Assembly: GCA_017456985.1 (NCBI GenBank)
Contig: JAFTIH010000023.1
Span: forward strand, 1 to 61,000
Direction: 5' to 3'
DNA length: 61,000 bases
Source: Clostridia bacterium
GTDB lineage: Bacteria; Bacillota; Clostridia; Oscillospirales; CAG-272
The notes under the pieces were generated by a model that was not told the DNA's origin, made no database searches, and saw only the letters and a list, made by a program, of their open reading frames with translations. Positions within the stretch are counted from its first letter, which is position 1, and each line of letters opens with the position of its first letter. A program made the position numbers and the translations under genes. This document shows positions 35,869 to 46,912 of the stretch, in pieces.

Positions 35869-37073
35869 CAGCGGTAAAGGCGGATATGGCTGACGACGCT
35901 GCCGCCGCAAGCCTCCAAGCGCTTGACGCGGGTAAGATAGCTGTCCTCGCTCATTTCGACGGTGAGGAAGGCGTTTTCCTCCGAGGAAAGAGGCTCCGTT
36001 TCGCCAAAGATGATCTGGGCGGCGTTTGCGTCCACGCCCTCGACGACCACGTAACGGCGCGCCGAGAAGAAGGAAATATCGGTCAGCGCGTCGCTCTCGG
36101 CATTTGCGAAGAGGGGACGCTGTGCCACGCCGCGCGCGATCTTATCCACGTCGGCAACGACGGCGCTTGCGGTGGGCGCGGCGCCCGCACCTCTGCCGTA
36201 GAACATCACGTCGTCCACGAAATTGCCGCGGACAAGCACGCCGTTATAAACGTCCGAGATGCCTGAAAGCGGGGACTCGGCGGGAATCATAAAGGGCGCG
36301 ACGAGCAAGAACAGATCGCCCGAGCGCGTAGCAAGGTAACGACCCAGCAGCTTGATGGAATAGCCGATCTTTGCCGCCGCCGCGACGTCCTCCGCGCGAA
36401 TGCCGCGGATGCCCTCGGTCAAGATGTGATCCGCCGAAAAGAGCTTGCCCGAGGCAAGTGCGCCGAGAATGGCGATCTTGCGTGCGGCGTCGTGACCCTC
36501 CACGTCTGCGGTGGGGTCGCTCTCGGCGTATCCCTTTGCCTGTGCCTCGGCAAGTGCCGCCTCAAAGGAAGCACCCGAGGAAAACATACGGGTCAAAATA
36601 TAGTTGGTCGTGCCGTTGAGAATGCCCGAGATCTCCGAGATCTCGTTGTGACCCAGCTCATTCGTCAGGGGCGAGAGCACGGGGATGCCACCGCCGACCG
36701 CCGCCTCAAAGAGATAAAAGCAGCCCTTTTCCTTGGCGATCGCAAGCAGCTCCGCACCGTGGGTGGCGACGAGCTCCTTATTGGAGGTCACGACGCTCTT
36801 GCCCGCAAGCAGAGCGCGGCGAGTGAAGTCGTACGCGATCTTCGCGCCGCCGATCACCTCGATTACGAGCGAGATCTCCTTGTCCGATTCGACGACCGAG
36901 AAATCCTTGATGATCTTATCCGCAAAGGGCGAATCGGGAAACTCGCGAATGTCCACGATGTATTTGATTTCGATGGGCTCGCCCGCGCGTGCCGCGAGCA
37001 GCTCCGCGTTCTTGACGAGCATGTCCGCGGTACCGCCGCCGACCGTGCCGAAGCCGAGAATAGCAAGCTTCAT
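35868..37073 (-). CDS. hom: Homoserine dehydrogenase
   Basis: GFGTVGGG, VVTSNK, EAAVGGGIP, GILNGTTNYIL, DPTADVEGHD, GRGAGAAPTASAV. Confidence 0.96.
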   Translation of the reverse strand: MKLAILGFGTVGGGTADMLVKNAELLAARAGEPIEIKYIVDIREFPDSPFADKIIKDFSVVESDKEISLVIEVIGGAKIAYDFTRRALLAGKSVVTSNKELVATHGAELLAIAKEKGCFYLFEAAVGGGIPVLSPLTNELGHNEISEISGILNGTTNYILTRMFSSGASFEAALAEAQAKGYAESDPTADVEGHDAARKIAILGALASGKLFSADHILTEGIRGIRAEDVAAAAKIGYSIKLLGRYLATRSGDLFLLVAPFMIPAESPLSGISDVYNGVLVRGNFVDDVMFYGRGAGAAPTASAVVADVDKIARGVAQRPLFANAESDALTDISFFSARRYVVVEGVDANAAQIIFGETEPLSSEENAFLTVEMSEDSYLTRVKRLEACGGSVVSHIRLYR

Positions 37074-37296
37074 AAATCTACCTCCAAAGCCCGCCGCAGG
37101 GACGAAAGCGAAAAGCGTGCCTGCACGGGGAATGATTCTTATTATCGTTCTTTATTTTACCATATCCTACAAAAAAAATCAAGAGAAAACGCGACTTTTT
37201 CCCACTTCTTTTCTTGGCGGTTGTGCCGCGGTGAGAATAAGGAGAAAAAAGGAAGGCAAAAAACGAATTTTTACACATTTTTTGACGAAAAAAAGG

Positions 37297-37325
37297 TTGA
37301 CATTTTTTTTTGCTTTTGGTATAAT
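37297..37325 (+). promoter_or_regulatory. Sigma-A promoter of guaB
   Basis: TTGACA-17bp-TATAAT. Confidence 0.85.
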
Positions 37326-37347
37326 AATCGATAATAATAAAAAGTAA

Positions 37348-38824
<1,477 letters not shown>

Positions 38825-38826
<2 letters not shown>

Positions 38827-38955
38827 TTTTACACGTCGAAAAACGGTGCCATACGTCGTTACACCATCGACTTCTCGGCTCGACGACCGCCAAAGGTCGC
38901 CGTCGCCGGGGTCGCTCGGTGTGCCTCGTCTGGCGCCGTTTTTCTCGGTAAAATC
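38825..38955. repeat. Long palindromic element related in architecture to the 6091-6364 units
   Basis: GAAAAACGGTGCCA-TACGTCGTT-inner stems-GCCTCGTC-TGGCGCCGTTTTTC. Confidence 0.65.
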
Positions 38956-38984
38956 CGATCACAGGGTGAGTTTCTTCAAAACAT

Positions 38985-39014
38985 AAAAAAGCCGTGGAAT
39001 TTTCCACGGCTTTT
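38985..39014. terminator. Bidirectional terminator between guaB and the AraC gene
   Basis: AAAAAAGCCGTGGAA-TT-TTCCACGGCTTTT. Confidence 0.85.
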
Positions 39015-39834
39015 ACTTTTTACTTTTTACTTTTTTTCTGTACTCCCCCGGCGTTACGCCCATAATGGACTTGAACACGCGACAAAAGGATTTGGTTTCG
39101 GCGAAGCCGACCTCGATGGCGACGTCTGCAATCGGGATATTCGAAACGGTGAGAAGCTCGGTAGCGCAGGCGACGCGATGACGGTTGAGCGTTGCGTGAA
39201 AGCCTTCTCCTATTGTCTTTTTAAAGATTGTGCAGAAATTACTCTTGCTGTAGCCAAGCTCCTCGGCGACGCCCTCTACCGTAAGAGACTCTTTATAATT
39301 AAATTGGATGAGTTCAATTGCTTTTTCAATATCTGCGATGCGAGAAAAGTGGCGTCCGCTTGTAGCGTAGTCGCCTGTGGTGGAGAGCGTGCGAAGAAAG
39401 TACGCGAGAATTTTATAGATGTTGCCAATAACAATCAGCTCCGCCTCGGCGCTCTTTTTGTCGCCGACCTCGGCACACTCTAAAAAAAGCTCCTTGATCT
39501 TTTTGTCGTCAAGCTCATTTAAATTGCAAACCTCGGGCTTTAAGTCAAAGCGCAGAAAGTCGTTGAAGCGACGGTTGAGAAGGGAAACGCCCACAATGAC
39601 AGTTGTTGCTTTGCAATCGTTGCCGACGGGGATCTTATGGCGGCACATCGGCGGGATAAAGGTGGTGCATCCTTCTTGGACAAGATGCGTCTTCCCCTCA
39701 ATCTCAATATGAAAGCAGCCCTCAACGCAATAGTTGAATTCAAAATCCGCGTGGCGATGCTCGGGATATTCGGGCAGGGCGCCTGTCATAACTTGATAGG
39801 GGGCGTCACCTGTAAAAATTTTTTGGTAAATCAT
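39013..39834 (-). CDS. AraC family transcriptional regulator (cupin sensor)
   Basis: EHRHADFEFNY cupin; C-terminal VAIEVGF...FCRVFKSIMGVTPGEYRK; RBS AAGGAG; TTGACA-17-TATAAT at 39900-39872. Confidence 0.92.
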   Translation of the reverse strand: MIYQKIFTGDAPYQVMTGALPEYPEHRHADFEFNYCVEGCFHIEIEGKTHLVQEGCTTFIPPMCRHKIPVGNDCKATTVIVGVSLLNRRFNDFLRFDLKPEVCNLNELDDKKIKELFLECAEVGDKKSAEAELIVIGNIYKILAYFLRTLSTTGDYATSGRHFSRIADIEKAIELIQFNYKESLTVEGVAEELGYSKSNFCTIFKKTIGEGFHATLNRHRVACATELLTVSNIPIADVAIEVGFAETKSFCRVFKSIMGVTPGEYRKKVKSKK

Positions 39835-40008
39835 AAAGCTTCTCCTTATGGAAATATCTGCTTTCGTCCTTATTATATCAAGGAATTTGCGCTTTGTCAA
39901 GCAGGATGGAAGGGTGAATTTTTGGGTATTTTTGAGAACGAACGGGTGTTGCACATCTTTTTTATGCGTGCTATAATGAAGGAGAAGAAACGAAAACGGA
40001 GGGGCGAT

Positions 40009-40752
40009 ATGATTGGTTTGCAGCTTTACACGCTGAGAGATCTTATGACAGATGAGGAAAGCACCCGTGCGGTCTTGCGCCGCGTGAAGGAGATTGGCTA
40101 TGAGGGCGTTCAGCTTGCCGGCTCCGTTTCCGAGGTGCGCACCGTGGCACAAATGGCAGGCGAGCTTGGATTGCGAGTCATCGGCTTTCTTGGCGGCGTT
40201 ACGGACATTGAAAACGAGTCCGAGGAGCTATTCTCCGCACTTCGCGCATACGGTGCGAGGGACGTGGGCATCAGCGGATACCAAACGACCGAAGCGGGTG
40301 CGCTTGCCTTTGCCACGCGTGTTAACGCGGCGGCGAAAAGGGTAAGGGATGCCGGATTTTCCTTCTCCTATCACAATCACCACCACGAATTTTTGCGCAC
40401 CGAGTGCGGAAAAACGGTGATGGATCTTTATAAGGAAGCCTTTGATGAGGCGATCGTGGACTTTATGCCCGATACCTATTGGTTACAGCGCGCGGGCGTG
40501 GACGTGCGGGACTTTATCGAGAAAAACGCCTCGCGTATCACGATCTTGCACTTGAAGGACTTCAAGTGTACGGAAGACGGCTCTTTGTTTGCACCGCTTG
40601 GTGAAGGCAACATCAATCTGCCCGGCATCGTTGCACTTGCAAAACGCCTCGGGATTGTTGACTTCATTGTAGAGCAGGACGTTTGCGAGAGCGATCCGCT
40701 GGACTGTGTGGAAAAGAGCTATGCGTACCTTAAAAAGCTTTTGGAAGAATAA
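40009..40752 (+). CDS. Sugar phosphate isomerase/epimerase (TIM barrel, IolE/xylose isomerase-like)
   Basis: IGLQLYTLRD, YHNHHHEF, DTYW, LHLKD, LGEGNIN, IVEQD; promoter TTGCAC-17-TATAAT at 39949-39977. Confidence 0.9.
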   Translation: MIGLQLYTLRDLMTDEESTRAVLRRVKEIGYEGVQLAGSVSEVRTVAQMAGELGLRVIGFLGGVTDIENESEELFSALRAYGARDVGISGYQTTEAGALAFATRVNAAAKRVRDAGFSFSYHNHHHEFLRTECGKTVMDLYKEAFDEAIVDFMPDTYWLQRAGVDVRDFIEKNASRITILHLKDFKCTEDGSLFAPLGEGNINLPGIVALAKRLGIVDFIVEQDVCESDPLDCVEKSYAYLKKLLEE

Positions 40753-40764
40753 GGAGGGGCTAAG

Positions 40765-42060
40765 GTGAAAGAAAATTTGTTTCTCGGTGTAGCAAGACGA
40801 ACGATCACCCCCAAGGTGGGAACGTATCTTTATGGCTATCGCCCCAATCACGCATCCGAGTCCGTCAACGACGATCTGACCGCCACGGCGTTTTATTTTG
40901 CACAGGGAGGGGAACGGGCGCTGCTTGTGAGCGTTACCGTTTGCGAGGTGCATCGTGACATTGTGAACGAGATCGTGAGTGCCGTAGAGAAAAAGCACGG
41001 CATTGCGCGTTCCTCGATCATCTTACATTCCATTCATACGCATTCGGGTCCCAATTTGATCGGCACCTTCGGCTGGGGCGACATTGACACTGTGTACCGC
41101 GATGAGATCTTCGTTCCCGAGGTTCTTGCGGCGATCGACGGCGCTGTTGCAAACGTTCAGCCCGTAACGATGGCGATCGCATCGGGAAAGAGCCTTGTCG
41201 GGGTGAACCGTCGAGAGCTTGGGCTTGACAATGAGGTGGGTCTCGGTCAATGTCCGTGGGGACCCTTTGATCCGCAAATGACCATCCTTTCCTTTCGTGG
41301 CGAAGGGGGCGCGTGCGTTGCCAATCTCATTCATTACGGCGCGCATCCCACGGCATCGGGTATGAACGTGGAGATCACGCGTGACTGGCCGGGTGTGATG
41401 ATGGACGCACTCGAAGAAAAAACAGGTGGTGTGACCGCCTTCATCAACGGTCCTGAGGGGGACGTTGGTCCCCGTCTTGCCAACGGTTGGACGACGGCGG
41501 ATCTGCCTCAAGCGATGGCGCACGGCAAATGGGCGGGCGAGGACGCTTGCAGAATTTATGAGGAGATGGGCGCATATCATACGCCTCGTCTTGCGAGCTT
41601 CGGCGGCGAGGTGGTGCTTCCCCTGATGCCTCGCATTTCTTTGGCGGAGGCGAAGGCGGAATACGAGAACTATAAAGGCTCGACCTCCAATTCTCTTGCG
41701 CAGAGAGCCAACTATTATAAGAAGGTCATTGCCTCTTATGAGGAGGGCTACGTAGAGGAAGCAACGCGCGCATTCCATCAGACCATCATTCGTCTTGGTG
41801 ACGTGGCGATCGTTTCCTTCCCCTTTGAGCTGTTTTCCGAGATCGGACTTCGCATTAAGAAGGCAAGCGACGTTCCCTACGTTCTGTCACTTGCCCTTGC
41901 CAATGGTTCAAGCGGTTATTTTGCGACGGAAAGCGATCTTTGTCGCGGCGGTTATGAAATCATTATGTCGCGCACGGCAAACGTGCAAGCCTATGCCCCC
42001 AACGCAGATTGGTACGTTGTAACGGGTACGGTAGAAAACCTGAAAAAAACGGAGGATTAA
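40765..42060 (+). CDS. Neutral/alkaline ceramidase-like amidohydrolase
   Basis: ITP..G..L.GY, HTHSGP, VNRR, HYGAHPT, DWPG, GPEGDVGP, PFELFSEIG. Confidence 0.75.
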   Translation: MKENLFLGVARRTITPKVGTYLYGYRPNHASESVNDDLTATAFYFAQGGERALLVSVTVCEVHRDIVNEIVSAVEKKHGIARSSIILHSIHTHSGPNLIGTFGWGDIDTVYRDEIFVPEVLAAIDGAVANVQPVTMAIASGKSLVGVNRRELGLDNEVGLGQCPWGPFDPQMTILSFRGEGGACVANLIHYGAHPTASGMNVEITRDWPGVMMDALEEKTGGVTAFINGPEGDVGPRLANGWTTADLPQAMAHGKWAGEDACRIYEEMGAYHTPRLASFGGEVVLPLMPRISLAEAKAEYENYKGSTSNSLAQRANYYKKVIASYEEGYVEEATRAFHQTIIRLGDVAIVSFPFELFSEIGLRIKKASDVPYVLSLALANGSSGYFATESDLCRGGYEIIMSRTANVQAYAPNADWYVVTGTVENLKKTED

Positions 42061-42063
42061 AGA

Positions 42064-43236
42064 ATGTATAGAATTGGCGAAGAAGAAATCAGAGCGGTAG
42101 AGCGTGTGATCAAGTCCAAGGAGCTGTTCAAGGTGAACGGCGGTGCGCTTCAGGAAACGATGCACGCGGAGGAGGAGCTTCGCGCAAAGTTCGGCGCACC
42201 CTACAGCGTGATTATGACGAGCGGTCACGCGGCACTTGCCGCTGCGCTCATCGGCCTTGGCATCGGTCCCGGCGATCAGGTCATCGTGCCGGCATATACG
42301 TATATCGCAACTGCAATGGCGGTCCTTGAGGCGGGGGCGATCCCCGTGATCGCGGAGATCGACGGGTCCTTGACGCTGGATCCCGACGATTTTGAAAGAA
42401 AGATCACGCCCTACACCAAGGCGGTTATGCCCGTACATATTCAGGGCTTCCCCTGCGATATGGATAGAATTTGCGAGATCGCCAAGCGTCACGGCATCGC
42501 CGTAGTTGAGGACGCTTGCCAGGCAGACGGTGCCTCCTATCACGGCAAACGTCTTGGCACCATCGGTGACGCGGGTGCATATAGCTTCAACTTCTATAAG
42601 ATCATCTCGATGGGCGAGGGTGGCGCGCTTGTGACAAATCGCCGTGACGTTTTCGAGGGTGCGTTCATTTACCACGACTCCAGCGCGGTCGCCTTCTTCG
42701 GCAACCAGCTTGACAATTTCTCGGTAGAGCCATTTTGCGGTGGAGAGTACCGCACCAACGAGATCGCAACGGCGATGCTGCGTGAGCAGTTGAAGAAGCT
42801 CGACGGCATCATTGCCGACCTGCGCCGTGTGAAAAAGACCTTTATGACCGCCCTTTCTGATGTTGCCGCCTTCATTCGTTCCAACGATATTGAGGGAGAT
42901 CTCGGCACGGGTGCAACGCTTATCTTTGATACGGCGGAGAAGGCAGAGCGCTTCGGTGTGCTGGTCGGCGGCGCTCCCACCATTCATACGGGCAAGCACG
43001 TGTATAGCAACTGGACCCCCATTCTTGAAAAGCGCGGCGCGCTTCACCCCCTGATGGATCCCTTCAAGATGGAAGCAAACCTGCCCATTACGCCCGATTA
43101 CAGCGTGGATATGTGTCCCGTTTCTCTGGATTACTTAAAGAGAACGGTGCATATCCCGATGAATCCCGAGTGGACGGACGAGGAGCTTGAGGAAAAGATT
43201 GCTCTTGTTAAGTCCGCGCTCGCGCAGCTTGGATAA
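42064..43236 (+). CDS. DegT/DnrJ/EryC1/StrS family PLP aminotransferase
   Basis: GPGDQVIVPAYTYIATA, VEDACQA, SFNFYKIISMGEGGA with PLP lysine. Confidence 0.92.
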   Translation: MYRIGEEEIRAVERVIKSKELFKVNGGALQETMHAEEELRAKFGAPYSVIMTSGHAALAAALIGLGIGPGDQVIVPAYTYIATAMAVLEAGAIPVIAEIDGSLTLDPDDFERKITPYTKAVMPVHIQGFPCDMDRICEIAKRHGIAVVEDACQADGASYHGKRLGTIGDAGAYSFNFYKIISMGEGGALVTNRRDVFEGAFIYHDSSAVAFFGNQLDNFSVEPFCGGEYRTNEIATAMLREQLKKLDGIIADLRRVKKTFMTALSDVAAFIRSNDIEGDLGTGATLIFDTAEKAERFGVLVGGAPTIHTGKHVYSNWTPILEKRGALHPLMDPFKMEANLPITPDYSVDMCPVSLDYLKRTVHIPMNPEWTDEELEEKIALVKSALAQLG

Positions 43237-43242
43237 GAAAAA

Positions 43243-43272
43243 AGAAAAAACACCCGAGAGGGTGTTTTTTCT
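43243..43272. terminator. Bidirectional terminator
   Basis: AGAAAAAACACCC-GAGA-GGGTGTTTTTTCT between convergent operons. Confidence 0.85.
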
Positions 43273-43288
43273 ATGCTGTCGGTGGGGA

Positions 43289-44320
43289 TCACCAAAAATC
43301 GGCGATGTCGAGCACCAGGCGCTCGGTCTTTTCCCAGCCGAGGCAGGGGTCGGTGATGGATTTGCCGTAGATGGCGTCGGGACCGATCTTCTGGCAGCCG
43401 TCCTCCAGGTAGCTTTCGATCATCAGACCCTTGACCATGCTCTTGACGTCGGGGCAGTGGCGGCAGCTATGCAAAACCTCCTTGGCGATGCGGATCTGCT
43501 CGAGGTACTTTTTGCCCGAGTTTGCGTGGTTGGTGTCCACGATCACGCCCATATTGGAAAGCCCCGATGCGGCGTAGATGTCGTACAGCGCACGCAGGTC
43601 CTCGTAATGGTAGTTGGGGTGCGAGGTACCGCGCTTATCGACGTAGCCGCGCAGAATGGCGTGCGCGAGCGGGTTGCCCGCGGTCTGCACCTCCCAGCCG
43701 CGATAGAGGAAGGCGTGGGGATGCTGTGCGGCGGTGATGGAGTTCATCATCACCGAGATGTCGCCGCCCGTGGGGTTTTTAAGACCTACGGGAATATCAA
43801 GTCCCGACGCGGTCAGGCGGTGCTGCTGGTTTTCTACTGAGCGCGCGCCGATGGCGACGTAGGAAAGAATATCCGACAGGTAACGGTAGTTTTCGGGGTA
43901 GAGCATTTCATCCGCGCAGGAGAAGCCCGTTTCCTCGATCGCACGGATGTGGATCTTGCGGATGGCGATGATGCCGCGAAGCAGGTCGGGTGCCTCGGTG
44001 GGGTCGGGCTGGTGGAGCATTCCCTTGTAGCCGTCGCCCGTGGTGCGGGGCTTGTTGGTGTAGATACGGGGGATGATGAGCACGCGGTCCTTCACCTTTT
44101 CCTGCAAGGTGCGCAGACGGCTGATATACTCGATCACCGCGTCCTCACGGTCTGCCGAGCAGGGACCAATAACGAGCACGAAGCGGTCGCTTTTACCCGT
44201 AAAGACGTCCGCGATCTCCTTGTCGTTTTTCGCCTTGACGGCGGCGAGGGCGTCCGAGAGCGGGAACTCCTCCTTGATGTCCTTCGGAATGGGAAGCTTG
44301 CGGATGAAATTCATATTCAT
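43289..44320 (-). CDS. aroF: DAHP synthase (class I-alpha)
   Basis: IGPCSAD, KPRTTG..YKG, IGARSVENQQHR, KNPTGG, DTNHANS, KSITDPCLGW. Confidence 0.93.
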   Translation of the reverse strand: MNMNFIRKLPIPKDIKEEFPLSDALAAVKAKNDKEIADVFTGKSDRFVLVIGPCSADREDAVIEYISRLRTLQEKVKDRVLIIPRIYTNKPRTTGDGYKGMLHQPDPTEAPDLLRGIIAIRKIHIRAIEETGFSCADEMLYPENYRYLSDILSYVAIGARSVENQQHRLTASGLDIPVGLKNPTGGDISVMMNSITAAQHPHAFLYRGWEVQTAGNPLAHAILRGYVDKRGTSHPNYHYEDLRALYDIYAASGLSNMGVIVDTNHANSGKKYLEQIRIAKEVLHSCRHCPDVKSMVKGLMIESYLEDGCQKIGPDAIYGKSITDPCLGWEKTERLVLDIADFW

Positions 44321-44371
44321 AACGGAAATCCTTTCTATAAAAGAGGGAAAATGTAAGCTTTTGTTTGCTTT

Positions 44372-45232
44372 TTATGCTTTTTTGTCAAAGAGGGTGCGGC
44401 GCGCCGAGGATTTGCGCATCATCTCGCGCATTTCTTCCCGCTTGCCGTCGGCGATAAACGAGCGCAGCTTTTCAAACTCGCCCATAAAGGTGTCCATCTG
44501 CGCAAGCAGTGCCTCGCGGTTGAGCAGAAACAGCTCACTCCACATCTCGTCGTTGATCTTGGCGATGCGCGTGAGGTCGCGGAAGGAGTCACCCGTATAG
44601 CGCTCAAGCCCGTCGCCCGCATCTGCGCTCATCAGCGTGATGGCGATGCAGTGCGTTAGCTGGGAGAGGAAGGCGATCATACGGTCGTGCTCCTCGGGGG
44701 ACAGCTCGCATACCGAGGAAAAGCCGAGCAGCCAGCCTAATTCGCGGCAAGTGCCGATCGCCTCGGGCGTGTTTTTGGGGGTGGGGGTGACGATATAGTT
44801 TGCACCGCGAAAGACGCCGTCGTCGCTATACAGCACGCCACTGCGCTCGCGTCCCGCCATCGGGTGCGCGGCGACGAACTCTACGTCGGGGCGAAGGATC
44901 TCTTGGATCTGCGTCACGACGGTGCTTTTGACACCTGTCACGTCCGTGATGAGTGCGCCGCTTTTGAAGTAGGCTTGATACCTTTCTATCCATTCAACGA
45001 AGGTGTGCGGATAGAGGGCGAAGATGATGAGGTCTGCCGCCCTTACGTAGTCCTCGTCTACCGTCGTGCGCCCATCCGTCACCATTCCTTCCTTGATGGC
45101 GTACTCGACGTCCTCCGCACGCTGCGTGATGGTGCGGATGCGGAAGCCTTGCTTGGTGAGTGCCTTGGCGTAGCTTCCGCCGATAACGCCAAGACCCACG
45201 ATCAGAATATCGGTATCCTTGTTGAGTTTCAT
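44372..45232 (-). CDS. tyrA: Prephenate dehydrogenase
   Basis: GLGVIGGS, DVTGVK, HPMAGRE, HDRMIAFLSQLTH, SFRDLTRIA. Confidence 0.93.
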   Translation of the reverse strand: MKLNKDTDILIVGLGVIGGSYAKALTKQGFRIRTITQRAEDVEYAIKEGMVTDGRTTVDEDYVRAADLIIFALYPHTFVEWIERYQAYFKSGALITDVTGVKSTVVTQIQEILRPDVEFVAAHPMAGRERSGVLYSDDGVFRGANYIVTPTPKNTPEAIGTCRELGWLLGFSSVCELSPEEHDRMIAFLSQLTHCIAITLMSADAGDGLERYTGDSFRDLTRIAKINDEMWSELFLLNREALLAQMDTFMGEFEKLRSFIADGKREEMREMMRKSSARRTLFDKKA

Positions 45233-45252
45233 TTGCTTTACCTGCTTGTTGG

Positions 45253-46467
45253 TTATTCGTTCGTTCTTGTGAGGGAGATGCCGAGCGCCTCGAGCTTTTC
45301 AAAAACGTCGGGAAAGCTCTTGTTGACCGCCTCGGCGCCCGCAATGGTGCCGCCCGTCAATGTGCAAAGCACGGCGAGCGCCATCACGATGCGGTGGTCG
45401 TTGTGACCGTAAAGCACCTCGCGCGGTGCGTGGAAATCGCTGGGATAGACTACGGTGCTATCCTCGTCCACCGAAACGGTGGTGCCGAATTTCGCTAACT
45501 CCTCTGCCATCACGGCGGCACGGTCGCTCTCCTTGATGCGAAGACGCGCGGTCCCCGTAAAGACGGCACCGTGCCTTGCGGCGGCAACGGCAAAGAGGGT
45601 GGGACCGAGGTCGGGGCAGTCCCCGATATGGATGGTGGGTGTGCCGCGAAGGAGCATCGGGAAATATCGCTCGTAGGCGCGGTCGCCCTGTAAGGAGTCG
45701 GGACGAAGTCCCTCGACGGTGACCTCGCCGCCAAGTGCGCCGAGCGCTGCAAGATAGGATGCGCCCGAATAGTCGCCCTCCACCGTAAGCTCGCGCGGGG
45801 TGTAGGACTGTCCCCCGGGGATGGCGAGCGTATAGTCGTCAAGCCATTCGGTGCGCACGCCGAAGGCGGCAAGGGCGGTGGTCGTTAAGTCGATATAGGA
45901 ACGGCTTTCGAGTGGCGGCGTGATGCGGATAACGCTGTCCCCCGCAAGCAGGGGAAGGGCAAAGAGCAGACCGCTGATAAACTGACTGCTGACGTTGCCC
46001 GCCACGCGGTATTCTCCCGCCGTCAGCGGTCCGCGCACGACGGCGCTTTCCTCGTCGGTGGTAAACAAGAGTCCCCGCTCGCGGCAAAGCTGCTCGTAAA
46101 CGGACATTGGACGGCGAAAGAGTGCCTTGGCACCGCGAAGCATCACCGTTTTGCCCGAAAGCAGGGCGATCGGAATGAGAAAGCGAAGGGTCGAGCCGCT
46201 TTCGTTGCAGAAAAGGGGCTCCTTGGCAGAGGCGCAAAAGGCGTCCGTGCCGACGACACGGACGGTGTCGCCGCACAGCGTGCAGGACACGCCGAGCGCC
46301 GAGAGGGAGCGAATGGTCGCCTTGACGTCCTCGCTCTCGCCAACGCCTTTGATCACGCTTTCGCCCCTTGCAAGCGCGGCGCAGATGAGCAAGCGGTGCG
46401 CCATACTTTTAGAGGGCGCCGCTCGCACGGCACCGCGTGCGACGGAGGGATGAATGGTCACGGTCAT
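45253..46467 (-). CDS. aroA: EPSP synthase
   Basis: SKSMAHR, NESGSTLRF, SSQFISGLL, RIKESDR, DHRIVMA, KSFP. Confidence 0.96.
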   Translation of the reverse strand: MTVTIHPSVARGAVRAAPSKSMAHRLLICAALARGESVIKGVGESEDVKATIRSLSALGVSCTLCGDTVRVVGTDAFCASAKEPLFCNESGSTLRFLIPIALLSGKTVMLRGAKALFRRPMSVYEQLCRERGLLFTTDEESAVVRGPLTAGEYRVAGNVSSQFISGLLFALPLLAGDSVIRITPPLESRSYIDLTTTALAAFGVRTEWLDDYTLAIPGGQSYTPRELTVEGDYSGASYLAALGALGGEVTVEGLRPDSLQGDRAYERYFPMLLRGTPTIHIGDCPDLGPTLFAVAAARHGAVFTGTARLRIKESDRAAVMAEELAKFGTTVSVDEDSTVVYPSDFHAPREVLYGHNDHRIVMALAVLCTLTGGTIAGAEAVNKSFPDVFEKLEALGISLTRTNE

Positions 46468-46468
46468 C

Positions 46469-46912
46469 TTATTTCGCGCCTCCCTTGTAAGAGAGAAGGA
46501 GATCGATCGCTTCGAGATATCCCGCCGTGCCGTGACCGCTGACGGTGCCGATGCACGCCGCGCGGATATAGCTTACCTGACGGAAGTCCTCGCGGGCGCT
46601 GACGTCCGAGATATGCACCTCGACCGTGGGGATGGAGGTCGCCTTGACGGCGTCAAGCAGGGCGATGCTCGTGTGCGTATAGGCACCCGGGTTGATGACG
46701 ATGCCGTCGATCTTCTCAAAAAAGCCTTGATGGATATAGTCTACGAGCGCTCCCTCGTGATTGCTTTGAAGACAGCATACCTCGACGCCGCGCTCGCGGC
46801 AATATTGCTCGATGCGTCCGACGAGCGCGTCGTAGCTCTCGTCGCCGTAAATTCCCGGCTCACGCACGCCGAGCAGATTGAGGTTGGGTCCGTTTAGTAT
46901 GTAAATTTTCAA
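46469..46912 (-). CDS. aroQ: Type II 3-dehydroquinate dehydratase
   Basis: NGPNLNLLGVREPGIYG, QSNHEG, NPGAYTHTS, EVHIS. Confidence 0.96.
   Translation of the reverse strand: MKIYILNGPNLNLLGVREPGIYGDESYDALVGRIEQYCRERGVEVCCLQSNHEGALVDYIHQGFFEKIDGIVINPGAYTHTSIALLDAVKATSIPTVEVHISDVSAREDFRQVSYIRAACIGTVSGHGTAGYLEAIDLLLSYKGGAK

Noticed and set aside
39637-40152. Long N-terminal extensions in the ORF track (AraC, epimerase; likewise def, terS, aminotransferase, DUF4037)
   Set aside because: They run through promoters or neighbouring genes; downstream starts with good RBSs and family-typical N-termini were used.
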